Shown piece after piece: positions 9,684 to 18,791 of a DNA stretch of 64,000 nt. Source of the stretch: Candidatus Bathyarchaeia archaeon (lineage in GTDB: Archaea > Thermoproteota > Bathyarchaeia > Bathyarchaeales > Bathycorpusculaceae). Under the pieces are notes generated by a model that was given only the letters and a program-made list of their open reading frames with translations, searched no databases and had not been told where the DNA came from. The DNA lies in assembly GCA_038882655.1 (NCBI GenBank), contig JAVZNT010000003.1:12411-76410 (forward strand). The letters run 5' to 3'. A program made the translations under genes and the position numbers. Positions within the stretch are counted from its first letter, which is position 1. The number at the start of each line of letters is the position of its first letter.

Positions 9684-9729
9684 GCCATAAACGATTTATC
9701 TTCGTTTGTTTTGCTATCCACAGATAACA

Positions 9730-9975
9730 ATGTGTTTAGCCATCCCCGCAAGGGTTGTAAGTGTTCAAGGTAATTTTGCTAAAGTGGATTTTGGAGGAGG
9801 TCTAATAAGAGAGGTTGACATAAGCCTCGTAGACGTGAAAGTTGATGATTACGTGCTTGTCCACGCTGGCTACGCCATCCAAGTTTTAAGCAGAGAAGAA
9901 GCCGAGGAAACGCTGCATTTGTGGAGTGAAATTTTAGAAGCTGAAGAAAAGCTTGAACGAAAGAATTTGCGATGA
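9730..9975 (+). CDS. hypC: hydrogenase maturation chaperone HypC
   Basis: Starts MCLAIPARV. The essential Cys2 requires the ATG at 9730, not the TTG at 9706 in the ORF track. Lies between hypF and hypD. Confidence 0.9.
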   Translation: MCLAIPARVVSVQGNFAKVDFGGGLIREVDISLVDVKVDDYVLVHAGYAIQVLSREEAEETLHLWSEILEAEEKLERKNLR

Positions 9976-9981
9976 GCTGAA

Positions 9982-11067
9982 ATGTTTGAGCATTTTAAAA
10001 AATTTAGAGATCCAAATTTAGCGAAACATGTCGTAGAGAAAATCTGTGAAATTGCCCCTAGACGTGATGTTGTAAAAATATGCCACGTCTGTGGCACTCA
10101 CGAGTGGACAATAACCCATTTCGGTCTGAGAAGCCTCCTACCCCAAAATGTTGAAGTTATAGCCGGTCCGGGATGTCCAGTGTGCATAACGCCAGCCTCT
10201 GAAATAGATGAGGCTGTGCAACTTGCCCTAAAAGGAGTTGCTGTCGCATGTTTTGGGGATGCCCTCCGTGTGCCCGGTTCTGAAAAATCGCTGTTAAATG
10301 CTAAAGCTGAGGGCGCCGATGTCAGAGTTGTCTACAGTGCATTAGACGCCGTAAGAATAGCTGAAAAAGAGCCGGGCAAAGAGTTCTCTTTCTTCGCCAT
10401 AGGCTTTGAAACAACAGCGCCATCAACAGCCGTAGAAATCCTAAAAAAGCCACCAAAAAATCTAAGCTTTCTAGTTTCCCATCGTTTGATCCCGCCAGCA
10501 ATGGAACTTCTCCTCGGAATAGGCGACCTTCACATAGACGGTTTCATTGCCCCTGGACATGTAAGCACTATTATAGGCTTAAAAGCCTATGAAATATTTC
10601 CAAAAGCTTACCGCATGCCCACAGTGGTGGCGGGCTTTGAACCATTAGATGTTCTGCTCGCCATTTACATGGTTCTTAAACAATTGAAAGAGGGAAGGCC
10701 GCGCTTAGAAAACGAGTATACTCGCGCGGTAACATATGAGGGAAACGTGAAAGCCCAGCAAATTATGAACGAAGTCTTTGAGGTTGTTGGAGGAAATTGG
10801 CGGGGTCTCGGAAGGCTTCCCAACTCAGCCTTAAAGCTGCAAGATAAATACATTGGTTATGATGCACGAGAAAATTTCAATGTTATGGTTAGGCATGGCG
10901 CGGACATATTGCCCGGCTGCCAGTGCCATTTGGTAATAATTGGCAAGATAAAACCGACAGAATGCCCATTATTTATGAAAGCTTGTACTCCTCAAAATCC
11001 AATTGGCGCTTGTATGGTAAGTATAGAAGGAACCTGCCGCATATGGGCGCACGTCTACAATCTTTAG
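9982..11067 (+). CDS. hypD: hydrogenase maturation protein HypD
   Basis: Motifs GPGCPVCITP and GFETTAP, plus the C-terminal Cys cluster GCQCH...CPLF...GACMVSIEGTC. Confidence 0.95.
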   Translation: MFEHFKKFRDPNLAKHVVEKICEIAPRRDVVKICHVCGTHEWTITHFGLRSLLPQNVEVIAGPGCPVCITPASEIDEAVQLALKGVAVACFGDALRVPGSEKSLLNAKAEGADVRVVYSALDAVRIAEKEPGKEFSFFAIGFETTAPSTAVEILKKPPKNLSFLVSHRLIPPAMELLLGIGDLHIDGFIAPGHVSTIIGLKAYEIFPKAYRMPTVVAGFEPLDVLLAIYMVLKQLKEGRPRLENEYTRAVTYEGNVKAQQIMNEVFEVVGGNWRGLGRLPNSALKLQDKYIGYDARENFNVMVRHGADILPGCQCHLVIIGKIKPTECPLFMKACTPQNPIGACMVSIEGTCRIWAHVYNL

Positions 11068-11147
11068 GGACGACGTGACAAGAATTAAATATTATAAAGG
11101 CATAGTTAAGGTAAAGCTGAAGGAGGATAAAGGACGAGGTGAAGAAA

Positions 11148-11294
11148 ATGTCTGAAAAATCCTATGAAAAAGATATAGCCGAATTAAAGGAGAGGGTAAT
11201 ACGTCTAGAAATTCAGTTGGCAGAGCTTAACAAACGTGTTGAATCGCTCAGCAACTATTCCCGCCAGTTATTTGAATACCTCTCAAGAAAATAA
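11148..11294 (+). CDS. hypothetical small coiled-coil protein (48 aa)
   Basis: Not in the ORF track because it is under 60 aa. The ATG is preceded by GAAGGAGGATAAAGG. Heptad-like sequence IAELKERVIRLEIQLAELNKRVESL. Coding status is uncertain. Confidence 0.35.
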   Translation: MSEKSYEKDIAELKERVIRLEIQLAELNKRVESLSNYSRQLFEYLSRK

Positions 11295-11322
11295 AGATGA
11301 AATAAGATAAAAAGGGGACCCC

Positions 11323-11775
11323 CTATACCGGCGGGGGTGGTGGTGGGGCCTCAACACGAGCTTCAGGCTTCCATATCAAACCAAGTATGCCTCCGATTAA
11401 AGCCAAGATGAAACCTATGTAGAACCCGCTTGCAGTGAATAGGCTTAGAATGGAAAATATTAAAACCATAATGGATCCTTTTCTAACCTTGTCTTTTTCT
11501 CCAGAATTAATCATTAAAGCACCGACTAGTACAAGTATGCCGAAGACCAGCCCTACTATGCAGATGATGAGAAACATTAAGAAAAAGGCGCCTATAGCAC
11601 CACTAACACCCTCCATGCCAGGAACCATGCCAGCAAACTGGCCGATAAATCCGCCGACCATGCTTAGAAAAATGGCATAGACCAAGACGAGCACAGACTG
11701 TATGATTATCAATATGGCCCCAACTAGAGATAGCGCAAAAGCCACTGTAGGTTTTTCTCCCAAGATTTTCACCAA
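11323..11775 (-). CDS. integral membrane protein with a C-terminal hexaproline tail
   Basis: Four predicted TM helices rich in G/I/L. Ends ...EAPPPPPPV. Confidence 0.7.
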   Translation of the reverse strand: MVKILGEKPTVAFALSLVGAILIIIQSVLVLVYAIFLSMVGGFIGQFAGMVPGMEGVSGAIGAFFLMFLIICIVGLVFGILVLVGALMINSGEKDKVRKGSIMVLIFSILSLFTASGFYIGFILALIGGILGLIWKPEARVEAPPPPPPV

Positions 11776-11966
11776 ACTATAGGTTCAGGCTACTTGTATA
11801 TTAAATTAACTACTTACATGCAAAACTGTACTTTCCCTTGTTTCAATTATAGGTCAACTATTAAAAGCCCATAGTTGCAGCATTGTTGATTAACAAAAGT
11901 GTCGGCATGAACACATAAGTTTTATAAAGATTATAAAGCAGAATAAAACGCAAAGAGGAGAATAAT

Positions 11967-12209
11967 ATGGCTATCATGCAAGGAGAATGGCTATTGTTTG
12001 GTGGAGCTTGCCTAATACCGTTAATTTGGTTTATTGTTGCGATAATATTGTGCATATGGGTTTACAAGGATGCAGAATCGCGGGGAATGAATGGCGCCTT
12101 ATGGCTCATTATTGTGCTTCTTGCCGGTTTGCTGGGGCTTATAATATACTTAATTGTTAGGAAAGAGGAAAAACCGAGTCGACCTGCACCACCGCCGCCA
12201 CCACCATAA
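11967..12209 (+). CDS. small membrane protein, PLD-nuclease N-terminal (PLDc_N)-like, with a C-terminal hexaproline tail
   Basis: Two TM helices flank VYKDAESRGMNGALW...IYLIVRKEE, the pattern of the PLDc_N small membrane domain. Ends RPAPPPPPP. Confidence 0.65.
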   Translation: MAIMQGEWLLFGGACLIPLIWFIVAIILCIWVYKDAESRGMNGALWLIIVLLAGLLGLIIYLIVRKEEKPSRPAPPPPPP

Positions 12210-12245
12210 AAACGGCTTCAACAATTTTACGGATGGCGTGTTCAA

Positions 12246-12914
12246 ATGTCATGGGTAGAGGAAATAATCAATTTCTTCAACTTTATTGGAGGTTTGGTCT
12301 GCCACCAGAAGCCAGAAAGAACTTTGGTGGTGGGCGGTTACCCTCTCCCGGTGTGTGCAAGAGATACGGGTGCGTATATTGGACTTGATATGGGTTATAT
12401 AACGCTACTATTTCTCAGAAATAAGGATGCAAGTGGTCCCCCTAACTTACTTTTAACACTGGTTATGTCAGCACCCTTATATGTGGACTCTTTTGGACAG
12501 TTTTTCAGATTTTGGACCAGTAACAACGATTTAAGACTTTTTACGGGAATCCTTTTTGGGATGTCCCTTGCACCATTTCTGGTCTACACACTTTCGCTTT
12601 TCTTTTTTAAAGGCAAAATTCCATTGTTGAGAAGGATTCAGCCAAAAAATGCGGATTTAAATGCAAAGGATTCATGGTTTAATACTAAAGCTATAGGAGC
12701 AAACATGCTTATTTCAATTCTTTTATTCACTGGTATTAAATTAATTGCAAGCAGCGGATTCTACTTATTCTACTGGCTGCTAAGCATACCTATAATTTCA
12801 GGAGTGGTTTGGCATTTCTTTATTCTTTTGCCCCTCTTAGTGGCAATAACGCTAGTGCATTACTTTAGAAATAGGCTTAGTATAAAAATGCGAAATTATC
12901 ATGGCCAGAAATAG
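12246..12914 (+). CDS. DUF2085-like membrane protein
   Basis: N-terminal CHQKPERTL...PLPVCARDTGAYIG motif followed by several TM helices. Confidence 0.65.
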   Translation: MSWVEEIINFFNFIGGLVCHQKPERTLVVGGYPLPVCARDTGAYIGLDMGYITLLFLRNKDASGPPNLLLTLVMSAPLYVDSFGQFFRFWTSNNDLRLFTGILFGMSLAPFLVYTLSLFFFKGKIPLLRRIQPKNADLNAKDSWFNTKAIGANMLISILLFTGIKLIASSGFYLFYWLLSIPIISGVVWHFFILLPLLVAITLVHYFRNRLSIKMRNYHGQK

Positions 12915-12915
12915 T

Positions 12916-13986
12916 TTAGCAGATTCTTGGAACAGGGTCACCGAGGGGTCTAGCTATTATCCTTTTGCCACCTACTACTGTTTGCATCGCCACTCCGTCA
13001 AATTCTTTTGTGGCTTCGCCTATAATCTCGGCGTCTCTGCCTTCTTCCGTGGTTTTCAAGAATTGTAAAACTTCTTCGGCTTTCTCTCTTAACACTCCCA
13101 TGATTATTTTGCCTTCGTTTCCAACTTCAAGCGGGTCTAATCCTAGCATCTCGCATGCTGCCCTCACATTCTCTCTTATTGGGATTTTGTCTTCGTGGAT
13201 TAGTATGCCCACTTTTGATTTTTCGCTGAACTCGTTTAGGGCGTCTGCCAATCCGCCGCGGGTTGGGTCTTTAATGGCGACTATGCCGCCAGCCTCGCCT
13301 AACAAACGCTGAATAAGGCGGTTTAAGGGTTTAACATCGGACTTTATTTCGCTTCCAAAGCTCAAACCTTCTTGGGCAGATAAAATCGCTAAGCCATGGT
13401 CGCCTATTGTGCCGGACAATATTATTTTGTCTCCGGGTTTTAGGTTTGAATCGAGAATCCAACGCGCTTCAAAATCGCCCCTAAAGCGTTTAACAACAGC
13501 CAAATTTTTTTCTAAGGCTTCTGTTCTTCTGCCAATTCCAGAAACGTTTACAACGCAGCCACCTAGGCTTCCCTTTTCCACGACCTTTGTGTCACCCGTA
13601 ACAATGCTCACGTTTGCCTCTCGGCATGTCTGCTGCATGCTTACAAGAATCTTTTCAAAATCTGTTAGAGACAAGCCTTCTTCTAGGATAAAGCCGCACG
13701 CCAAAGCATGTGGTTCAGCTCCTAAAGCAGCAATATCATTGACAGTGCCGGAAACAGCCAAACGTCCAATGTCCCCACCTGGGAAAAAGATTGGCTTAAC
13801 AGCGTGGGAGTCGCTTTTCAAAACAATGTCGCCGATGGCTGCGGCGTCGTCTAAAGCCTCGAGGGGCACTTCAAAACTTGTGTTTTCAGCACCGCCAAAG
13901 TATTTTAGAACATATTTTTTAACGAGGTCGTGCATAACTGTTCCGCCGGCGCCATGCAACATCGTGATGTACTCGCTGTTCTTCAT
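12916..13986 (-). CDS. hypE: hydrogenase maturation protein HypE
   Basis: PurM/AIR-synthase-like fold (MLHGAGG, DDAAAI, FPGGDIG) and the diagnostic C-terminal PRIC. Confidence 0.95.
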   Translation of the reverse strand: MKNSEYITMLHGAGGTVMHDLVKKYVLKYFGGAENTSFEVPLEALDDAAAIGDIVLKSDSHAVKPIFFPGGDIGRLAVSGTVNDIAALGAEPHALACGFILEEGLSLTDFEKILVSMQQTCREANVSIVTGDTKVVEKGSLGGCVVNVSGIGRRTEALEKNLAVVKRFRGDFEARWILDSNLKPGDKIILSGTIGDHGLAILSAQEGLSFGSEIKSDVKPLNRLIQRLLGEAGGIVAIKDPTRGGLADALNEFSEKSKVGILIHEDKIPIRENVRAACEMLGLDPLEVGNEGKIIMGVLREKAEEVLQFLKTTEEGRDAEIIGEATKEFDGVAMQTVVGGKRIIARPLGDPVPRIC

Positions 13987-14145
13987 CGAGGTTCACCATC
14001 TTTGTGTCAATAAGGTCTTAGGTTGGACATAAATGCATCGAGGGATTTGCGGAGCCTTGTTGGGCGCGGCGCTTACGGGCTCGATTCACTAAATTGCGGA
14101 AGAGAGTCGTGTTTTGTTGGTGTTAGGCGAACTTCAAAATGTAAT

Positions 14146-14169
14146 GGTTTATGGAAAACCATATAAACC
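14146..14169 (+). promoter_or_regulatory. imperfect palindrome containing a TATA-like element upstream of the ribosomal protein operon
   Basis: GGTTTATGG-aaaa-CCATATAAACC. The ATATAAA element lies about 45 nt upstream of the probable GTG start of uL22, with GGAG at 14197-14200. Confidence 0.3.
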
Positions 14170-14210
14170 GCCATGTAGCTGTTCAATTGCACAGTTGGAG
14201 AGTCTATCGA

Positions 14211-14702
14211 GTGCCAAAATGGGGATACTCCATACCAGAAGAGGCATTAGATCCCGAGAAAACGGTTAAGGCAAGTGGACGTGAGGTTAGGGTGTCCCAT
14301 AAATCCGCCTGCGAAGTATGCAGTGCAATAAAGGACATGATGCTCACAGAAGCCAAAAAGTTTCTAAGAGATGTTATAACCAAAAAGAAGGCTGTCCCAT
14401 TCACAAGATTTAAAAAGAAGGCTGCCCACCGCCACGGACTGGAAAAGGCTTATGCTGGCAGATATCCGGTGAAAGCGGCAAAGCAGATTCTGAAAATCCT
14501 TCAAGGCGCGGAAGCCAACGCTGAAAACAAGGGATTAGACACGGAAAGACTCAAAATAATTCACGCCTCAGCCTATCCTGGAATGAAGATTAAGCGTTAT
14601 ATGCCGAGGGCTTCTGGAAGAGCCACGCCGAAATTTGAAACTCTAACCCATATTGAACTAGCCTTAGAAGAGCAGCCTGAGGCAGTCACGGAGGAAGCCT
14701 AA
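14211..14702 (+). CDS. rpl22: 50S ribosomal protein uL22
   Basis: PKWGYSIPEEALDPEKTVKASGREVRVSHK matches archaeal uL22 N-termini. A GTG at 14211 preceded by GGAG is the probable start. The ORF track ATG at 14151 would add a 20-aa atypical extension. Confidence 0.9.
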   Translation: MPKWGYSIPEEALDPEKTVKASGREVRVSHKSACEVCSAIKDMMLTEAKKFLRDVITKKKAVPFTRFKKKAAHRHGLEKAYAGRYPVKAAKQILKILQGAEANAENKGLDTERLKIIHASAYPGMKIKRYMPRASGRATPKFETLTHIELALEEQPEAVTEEA

Positions 14703-15389
14703 ATGGCTGTTGTAAAACATTTTATCTTAAAGTCTAGGAAAAGAACGGAAATCGATGAGTTTCTGCAGAAAAAACTTGAAAAGGCTGGTTATGGTGGGGT
14801 AAACGTCTCAGAGACCCCGCTTGGGACTCACGTAGTTATTTACGCTATGCGCCCCGGACTTGTGATAGGGCGAAGTGGTGAAACCATAAGGGAACTTGCG
14901 AAGATATTGGAAGAGAGATTCAATGTTTCAAATCCGCAAATTTCAGTCTCTGAAATTGAAGTTCCGGAGCTGAATCCGTACATCGTCGCTACGCGTGTAG
15001 CCTCTGCCTTGCAACGGGGCGTGCACTTTAGGCGCGCGGGCTTCTGGGCTTTAAATCAGGTTATAGAGGCTGGAGCTTTAGGAGCGGAGATAATTATTAG
15101 CGGGAAACTGCGAACAGAAAGAGCCAGATATGAGAAATTTAGGAGTGGCTACTTGCCCAAATGTGGAGACCCGGCTTTAAAGTATATGCGTAAAGCCGAA
15201 GTGCATGTTCAGCTTAAACCTGGTATTTTCGGCGTCAAGGTTAGGATAATGCCTCCGGACGCCAAGTTTCCGGACAAAATCCAGATAGTTGAAGCTCCAC
15301 CAGCAGAGGAAAAGCTCGGAGAGACCGTTGAAGAGGTTCCAGAAGAGACCGAAAGGACAAGCGAAGAGGGAGAAGAGGAGGCAACTTAG
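14703..15389 (+). CDS. rps3: 30S ribosomal protein uS3
   Basis: KH-domain sequence (GLVIGRSGETIRELAKILEE), operon position after uL22, and an acidic C-terminal tail. Confidence 0.95.
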   Translation: MAVVKHFILKSRKRTEIDEFLQKKLEKAGYGGVNVSETPLGTHVVIYAMRPGLVIGRSGETIRELAKILEERFNVSNPQISVSEIEVPELNPYIVATRVASALQRGVHFRRAGFWALNQVIEAGALGAEIIISGKLRTERARYEKFRSGYLPKCGDPALKYMRKAEVHVQLKPGIFGVKVRIMPPDAKFPDKIQIVEAPPAEEKLGETVEEVPEETERTSEEGEEEAT

Positions 15390-15392
15390 TAG

Positions 15393-15632
15393 ATGCCAAT
15401 AATTAGGGTTAAGGAGATAAGGGAGATGTCTTCTGAAGAGCGGCTTAAAAAGCTCAACGAGTTTAGGACAGAACTCCTTAGACTAAAGACTATGGTGAAA
15501 GCTGGCGGCACCGTAGAAAATCCTGCAAGGATTAAAGAGTTGCGGAGGGCAATTGCTAGAATATTGACAATAGAAAACGAGCAAAAGCTGGAGGCTAAAA
15601 CAGTAGAAGGCAAGGAGAGGATGAGCAAATGA
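15393..15632 (+). CDS. rpl29: 50S ribosomal protein uL29
   Basis: 79-aa helical protein (ELRTELLRLKT...) in the conserved operon position. Confidence 0.9.
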   Translation: MPIIRVKEIREMSSEERLKKLNEFRTELLRLKTMVKAGGTVENPARIKELRRAIARILTIENEQKLEAKTVEGKERMSK

Positions 15633-15910
15633 AGGTGACGTCGGACATAATACGCTACGCGTTTATTGGAGCAGAGGCGAAAGTAACCAGGAGCACTAAT
15701 CATGGTTATGTTGGGTTACGCGGCAAGATAATTGACGAGACACGTAACACGTTTACCATACTCCATAACGGTGAAAGAAAAATTGTTGTAAAAGAGTCTT
15801 CTATTTTTTGTTTCAAGTTTTCCGATGGAACCGTTGTTGAAATTGATGGTAAGCTTCTTGTTGGAAGACCCGAAGACCGCCTTAAAAAACGCGTTAGGAG
15901 GCTTTGGTAA
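15629..15910 (+). CDS. rnp1: RNase P protein component 1 (Rpp29/Pop4)
   Basis: 93 aa, located between uL29 and uS17 as in most archaea. Sm-like core GLRGKIIDETRNTFTI. Confidence 0.85.
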   Translation: MKVTSDIIRYAFIGAEAKVTRSTNHGYVGLRGKIIDETRNTFTILHNGERKIVVKESSIFCFKFSDGTVVEIDGKLLVGRPEDRLKKRVRRLW

Positions 15911-16230
15911 TGGCAATAACTCTTAAAAAGCCTAAGAAAACATGCAATGATCGGAACTGCCCATTCCATGGGAGTCTTCCAATAAGAGGCCGCATATTAG
16001 AAGGCGTGGTTGTAAGCGCGAAAATGGATAAAACCGTGATAGTGCGCCACGACTATCTGAAATATGTTTCAAAGTTCATGCGATATGAAAGGCGACGCAG
16101 TCGCATACCTTCTCATAACCCGCCATGTATAGATGCAAAAGAAGGCGACCGTGTTGTAATAGCTGAATGTCGACCAATAAGTAAGACCGTCTCCTTTGTG
16201 GTTGTAGAGAAGAAGGAGGAGGCGAAATAG
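15904..16230 (+). CDS. rps17: 30S ribosomal protein uS17
   Basis: [34 protein letters not shown] is typical of archaeal uS17. Confidence 0.95.
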   Translation: MVMAITLKKPKKTCNDRNCPFHGSLPIRGRILEGVVVSAKMDKTVIVRHDYLKYVSKFMRYERRRSRIPSHNPPCIDAKEGDRVVIAECRPISKTVSFVVVEKKEEAK

Positions 16231-16232
16231 GA

Positions 16233-16673
16233 ATGGCAGCGAAGGCAAAAACAAGAGGCTTGGTTGCGAAGGGAGTAATTGGTCAAAGGCCAAAAATCTC
16301 TAGGGGGCTGCCAGCCGGCTCCATTCTGAGGTGTGCAGACAACACCGGGGCCCGAGAACTGCGCCTAATACAAGTTATGGGTTATAAGGGTAGGCTTAGG
16401 CGTGTGCCTTCCGCTGCTGTCGGTGACCGCATAACTGTTTCGGTTAGGCATGGCACGCCAGACATGCGAAAGAAAATCTTTCAAGCAGTTGTTGTCAGGC
16501 AAAGAATGCCCTTCAGAAGGGCTGACGGCATCTGGGTTCAATTTGAAGACAACGCGGCAGTTATAATAACCCCAGAAGGCGAAATGAAGGGCTCTGAAAT
16601 TCGCGGGCCGGTGGCGAAGGAGGCAGCTGAAAGGTGGCCAAGAATAGCAAGCGCTGCCAGCATCATAATATAG
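16233..16673 (+). CDS. rpl14: 50S ribosomal protein uL14
   Basis: [15 protein letters not shown]...GDRITVSV...AVVVRQR is typical of uL14. Confidence 0.95.
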   Translation: MAAKAKTRGLVAKGVIGQRPKISRGLPAGSILRCADNTGARELRLIQVMGYKGRLRRVPSAAVGDRITVSVRHGTPDMRKKIFQAVVVRQRMPFRRADGIWVQFEDNAAVIITPEGEMKGSEIRGPVAKEAAERWPRIASAASIII

Positions 16674-16688
16674 CGTGGTGAGATTTGT

Positions 16689-17312
16689 ATGCAGACAATA
16701 ACCCAAACATCAAAGCCTTCAAAACAAAGGAAAATGCTGTTCCAAGCCCCGGACCACGTACGCTATAAGCATTTTGCCGCCATCTTGGCGCCCGAGCTAA
16801 GAAAGTCTTATGGAACTAGAAGCCTTCCGGTGAGGAGCGGCGACACCGTTCGCGTATTGAGAGGAGACCATAAAGGGTTTGAGGGGAAAGTTGCCCGTGT
16901 TGACAGAAGAAAGTTCAGGATTTACGTTGAAGGCTTAACTCGAGAAAAGGTTGACGGCTCAACAGTCTTTGTTCCAATCCACCCATCGAAGGTTATGATA
17001 ACAAAGCTTAACGTAGACGACAAGTGGCGAAAGAAAATTCTGGAAAGGCGGAAGAAAGCCAAAGAAGTTGCGGAAAAAATGGTTGAGAAACCCCCAGAGG
17101 AAGTAGTGAAGGTTGTTGAAGAAAAACTAGCTGAGGAAAAGCCTCCAGCCGTAGAAGAGCTACCATCCAAAGAGAAGAAGCCAGTGAGGAGAAAAAGAGC
17201 CGCAAAGAAGCCGAAGGAAAAAGTAGAAGAAAAAATGGAGGAAGAAGCGCCGGAGAAGAAGAAAGGGGCTGTAAGAAGGCGCAAAAAAGAGGAGGGGTCT
17301 GAGCTTGGGTAG
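16689..17312 (+). CDS. rpl24: 50S ribosomal protein uL24 with a long Lys/Glu-rich C-terminal extension
   Basis: KOW region GDTVRVLRGDHKGFEGKVARVD. About 85 extra K/E/P-rich residues follow from roughly nt 17046 onward. Confidence 0.9.
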   Translation: MQTITQTSKPSKQRKMLFQAPDHVRYKHFAAILAPELRKSYGTRSLPVRSGDTVRVLRGDHKGFEGKVARVDRRKFRIYVEGLTREKVDGSTVFVPIHPSKVMITKLNVDDKWRKKILERRKKAKEVAEKMVEKPPEEVVKVVEEKLAEEKPPAVEELPSKEKKPVRRKRAAKKPKEKVEEKMEEEAPEKKKGAVRRRKKEEGSELG

Positions 17313-18063
17313 GAAAGGCGGCTCAACAACCCTTAAACGCAAGCCAGCACCAAGAATCTGGCCGATACATAGGAAAGAGTTCGTTTGGGTTGTAAAACCA
17401 ACCTCTGGTCCCCATTCTTTGAAGAGTTGTCTACCTATAACATTGCTTTTGCGTGACATCTTGGGAGTTGCAAAAACAAGGAAGGAAGCAGAAATAATAA
17501 CTGCGCAAGGGAAAGTTTACGTTGACGGGAGAGTTAGGCGAGACGACAAGTTTCCAACGGGACTTATGGATGTAGTCTCGCTTCTTGACATGAATAAATA
17601 CTTCCGCATTTTACCGTCACATAAGGGTTTAATCCTCCATCCAGTAAGCAGAGAGGAAGCCAACTTCAAGCTTTGCAGAATAGAGAGCAAGACGGTGGTG
17701 AAGAACGGGCATGTACAGCTGAATCTTCACGATGGCTCAAATATTCTCGTTAAGGTTGCTGACCCGAAGAATCCGCAAGAAGATGTTTACAGCAGCTTTG
17801 ACACTATTAAGATTAGTCTTCCGGATAGGCAAATTCTCGAACACATTAAGATGAAGGAGAACGATTATGTGATAATAACCAGCGGCAAAAACATGGGAAA
17901 GCATGGCAAAATTGTAGAAATTGAGAAGGTTAAGGGTAAAAAACGCAAAGACGCCATAGTAACAGTAGAAGATGAGAAGGGCAACCGCTACCAGACAGTA
18001 ATGGAGTTCGTTTTTGCAATAGGCGAGACAAAACCGCTGATATCCTTGCCGGAGGCTCAATAG
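17305..18063 (+). CDS. rps4e: 30S ribosomal protein eS4
   Basis: GSTTLKRKPAPRIWPIHRKE...TGLMDVVS is typical of eS4. The TTG start overlaps the uL24 stop. Confidence 0.95.
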   Translation: MGRKGGSTTLKRKPAPRIWPIHRKEFVWVVKPTSGPHSLKSCLPITLLLRDILGVAKTRKEAEIITAQGKVYVDGRVRRDDKFPTGLMDVVSLLDMNKYFRILPSHKGLILHPVSREEANFKLCRIESKTVVKNGHVQLNLHDGSNILVKVADPKNPQEDVYSSFDTIKISLPDRQILEHIKMKENDYVIITSGKNMGKHGKIVEIEKVKGKKRKDAIVTVEDEKGNRYQTVMEFVFAIGETKPLISLPEAQ

Positions 18064-18064
18064 A

Positions 18065-18604
18065 ATGTCTGAAGATAAAATCCGAAAAAAGTGGGAAGAA
18101 AATCCAATGCTTAAGCCGAGAATAGACAAAGTTGTTGTCAACATAAGTGTTGGAAAATCCGGAGAGCCTCTGGAAAAAGCCTCAAAGGTGCTGAAGGATT
18201 TAACCGGACAGGCACCGTGCAAAAGGAAGGCAAAGAAAACCATTAGGGATTTTGGAATAAGAAGGGGCGAACCAATGGCTTGTATTGTCACGCTTAGAAA
18301 GCAGAAAGCCATAGAATTCTTGAAAAAGGTCTTGCATGTAATTGATTACAAGATTCCGAAGAGCTGTTTTGATAATTGCGGAAATTTTGCCTTTGGAATA
18401 AAAGAGCATATAGAGATTCCTGGAGTCAAATACGATCCTGAAATAGGAATATTTGGTATGGACGTGTGCGTGACGCTAAGCCGGCCAGGATGGCGCGTTA
18501 AAAATAGACGTAGAAGTAAAGCGAAAGTAGGTTCAAGCCACGTCTTAACACCAGAGGAGGCTATGGTTTTTGTCAAAGATGCTTTGGGGGTTGAAATAGT
18601 CTAA
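18065..18604 (+). CDS. rpl5: 50S ribosomal protein uL5
   Basis: [18 protein letters not shown]...[11 protein letters not shown] is typical of uL5. Confidence 0.95.
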   Translation: MSEDKIRKKWEENPMLKPRIDKVVVNISVGKSGEPLEKASKVLKDLTGQAPCKRKAKKTIRDFGIRRGEPMACIVTLRKQKAIEFLKKVLHVIDYKIPKSCFDNCGNFAFGIKEHIEIPGVKYDPEIGIFGMDVCVTLSRPGWRVKNRRRSKAKVGSSHVLTPEEAMVFVKDALGVEIV

Positions 18605-18626
18605 TTTGGCTATGAGAGGGAGTTTT

Positions 18627-18791
18627 ATGGGTAAAAAGAAGCTTAAAAGGGAAAGAAAATATGGCAAGGGTGCCAGACCATGCGTCAGATGCGGCTCATA
18701 CGGACCTGTTATTCGGCGTTATAATTTATATTTATGTAGGCATTGTTTTAGGGAAGTAGCCAAAAAACTTGGGTTCCAAAAATATGAATGA
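18627..18791 (+). CDS. rps14: 30S ribosomal protein uS14 (zinc-binding type)
   Basis: [25 protein letters not shown]. The ATG at 18627 is preceded by GAGGGAG. The track start at 18606 is a TTG. Confidence 0.9.
   Translation: MGKKKLKRERKYGKGARPCVRCGSYGPVIRRYNLYLCRHCFREVAKKLGFQKYE

Noticed and set aside
9706-9729. The TTG at 9706 as the hypC start.
   Set aside because: HypC requires Cys at position 2 after Met removal. The ATG at 9730 gives MCLAIP, as in all characterised HypC proteins.
13409-14032. 207-aa plus-strand ORF antisense to hypE.
   Set aside because: It is a shadow ORF within a confidently identified hypE (PRIC terminus). Its composition is rich in S, P, T and K.
14151-14210. The ATG at 14151 as the start of uL22 (20 extra N-terminal codons).
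   Set aside because: The extension MENHINRHVAVQLHSWRVYR is unlike uL22 N-termini and overlaps the TATA-like palindrome. A GTG at 14211 with GGAG upstream fits the family better. An annotation pipeline could still choose 14151.
16922-17459. Minus-strand ORFs (135, 65 and 99 aa) antisense to the uL24 tail and the eS4 start. Similar ones lie antisense to eL32 at 20011-20445.
   Set aside because: They are S/F/L-rich antisense translations of GAA/AAG-rich coding sequence, a classic shadow-ORF pattern inside well-supported ribosomal protein genes.
17737-18312. 191-aa minus-strand ORF antisense to eS4 and uL5.
   Set aside because: It is a shadow ORF across two confidently identified ribosomal protein genes.
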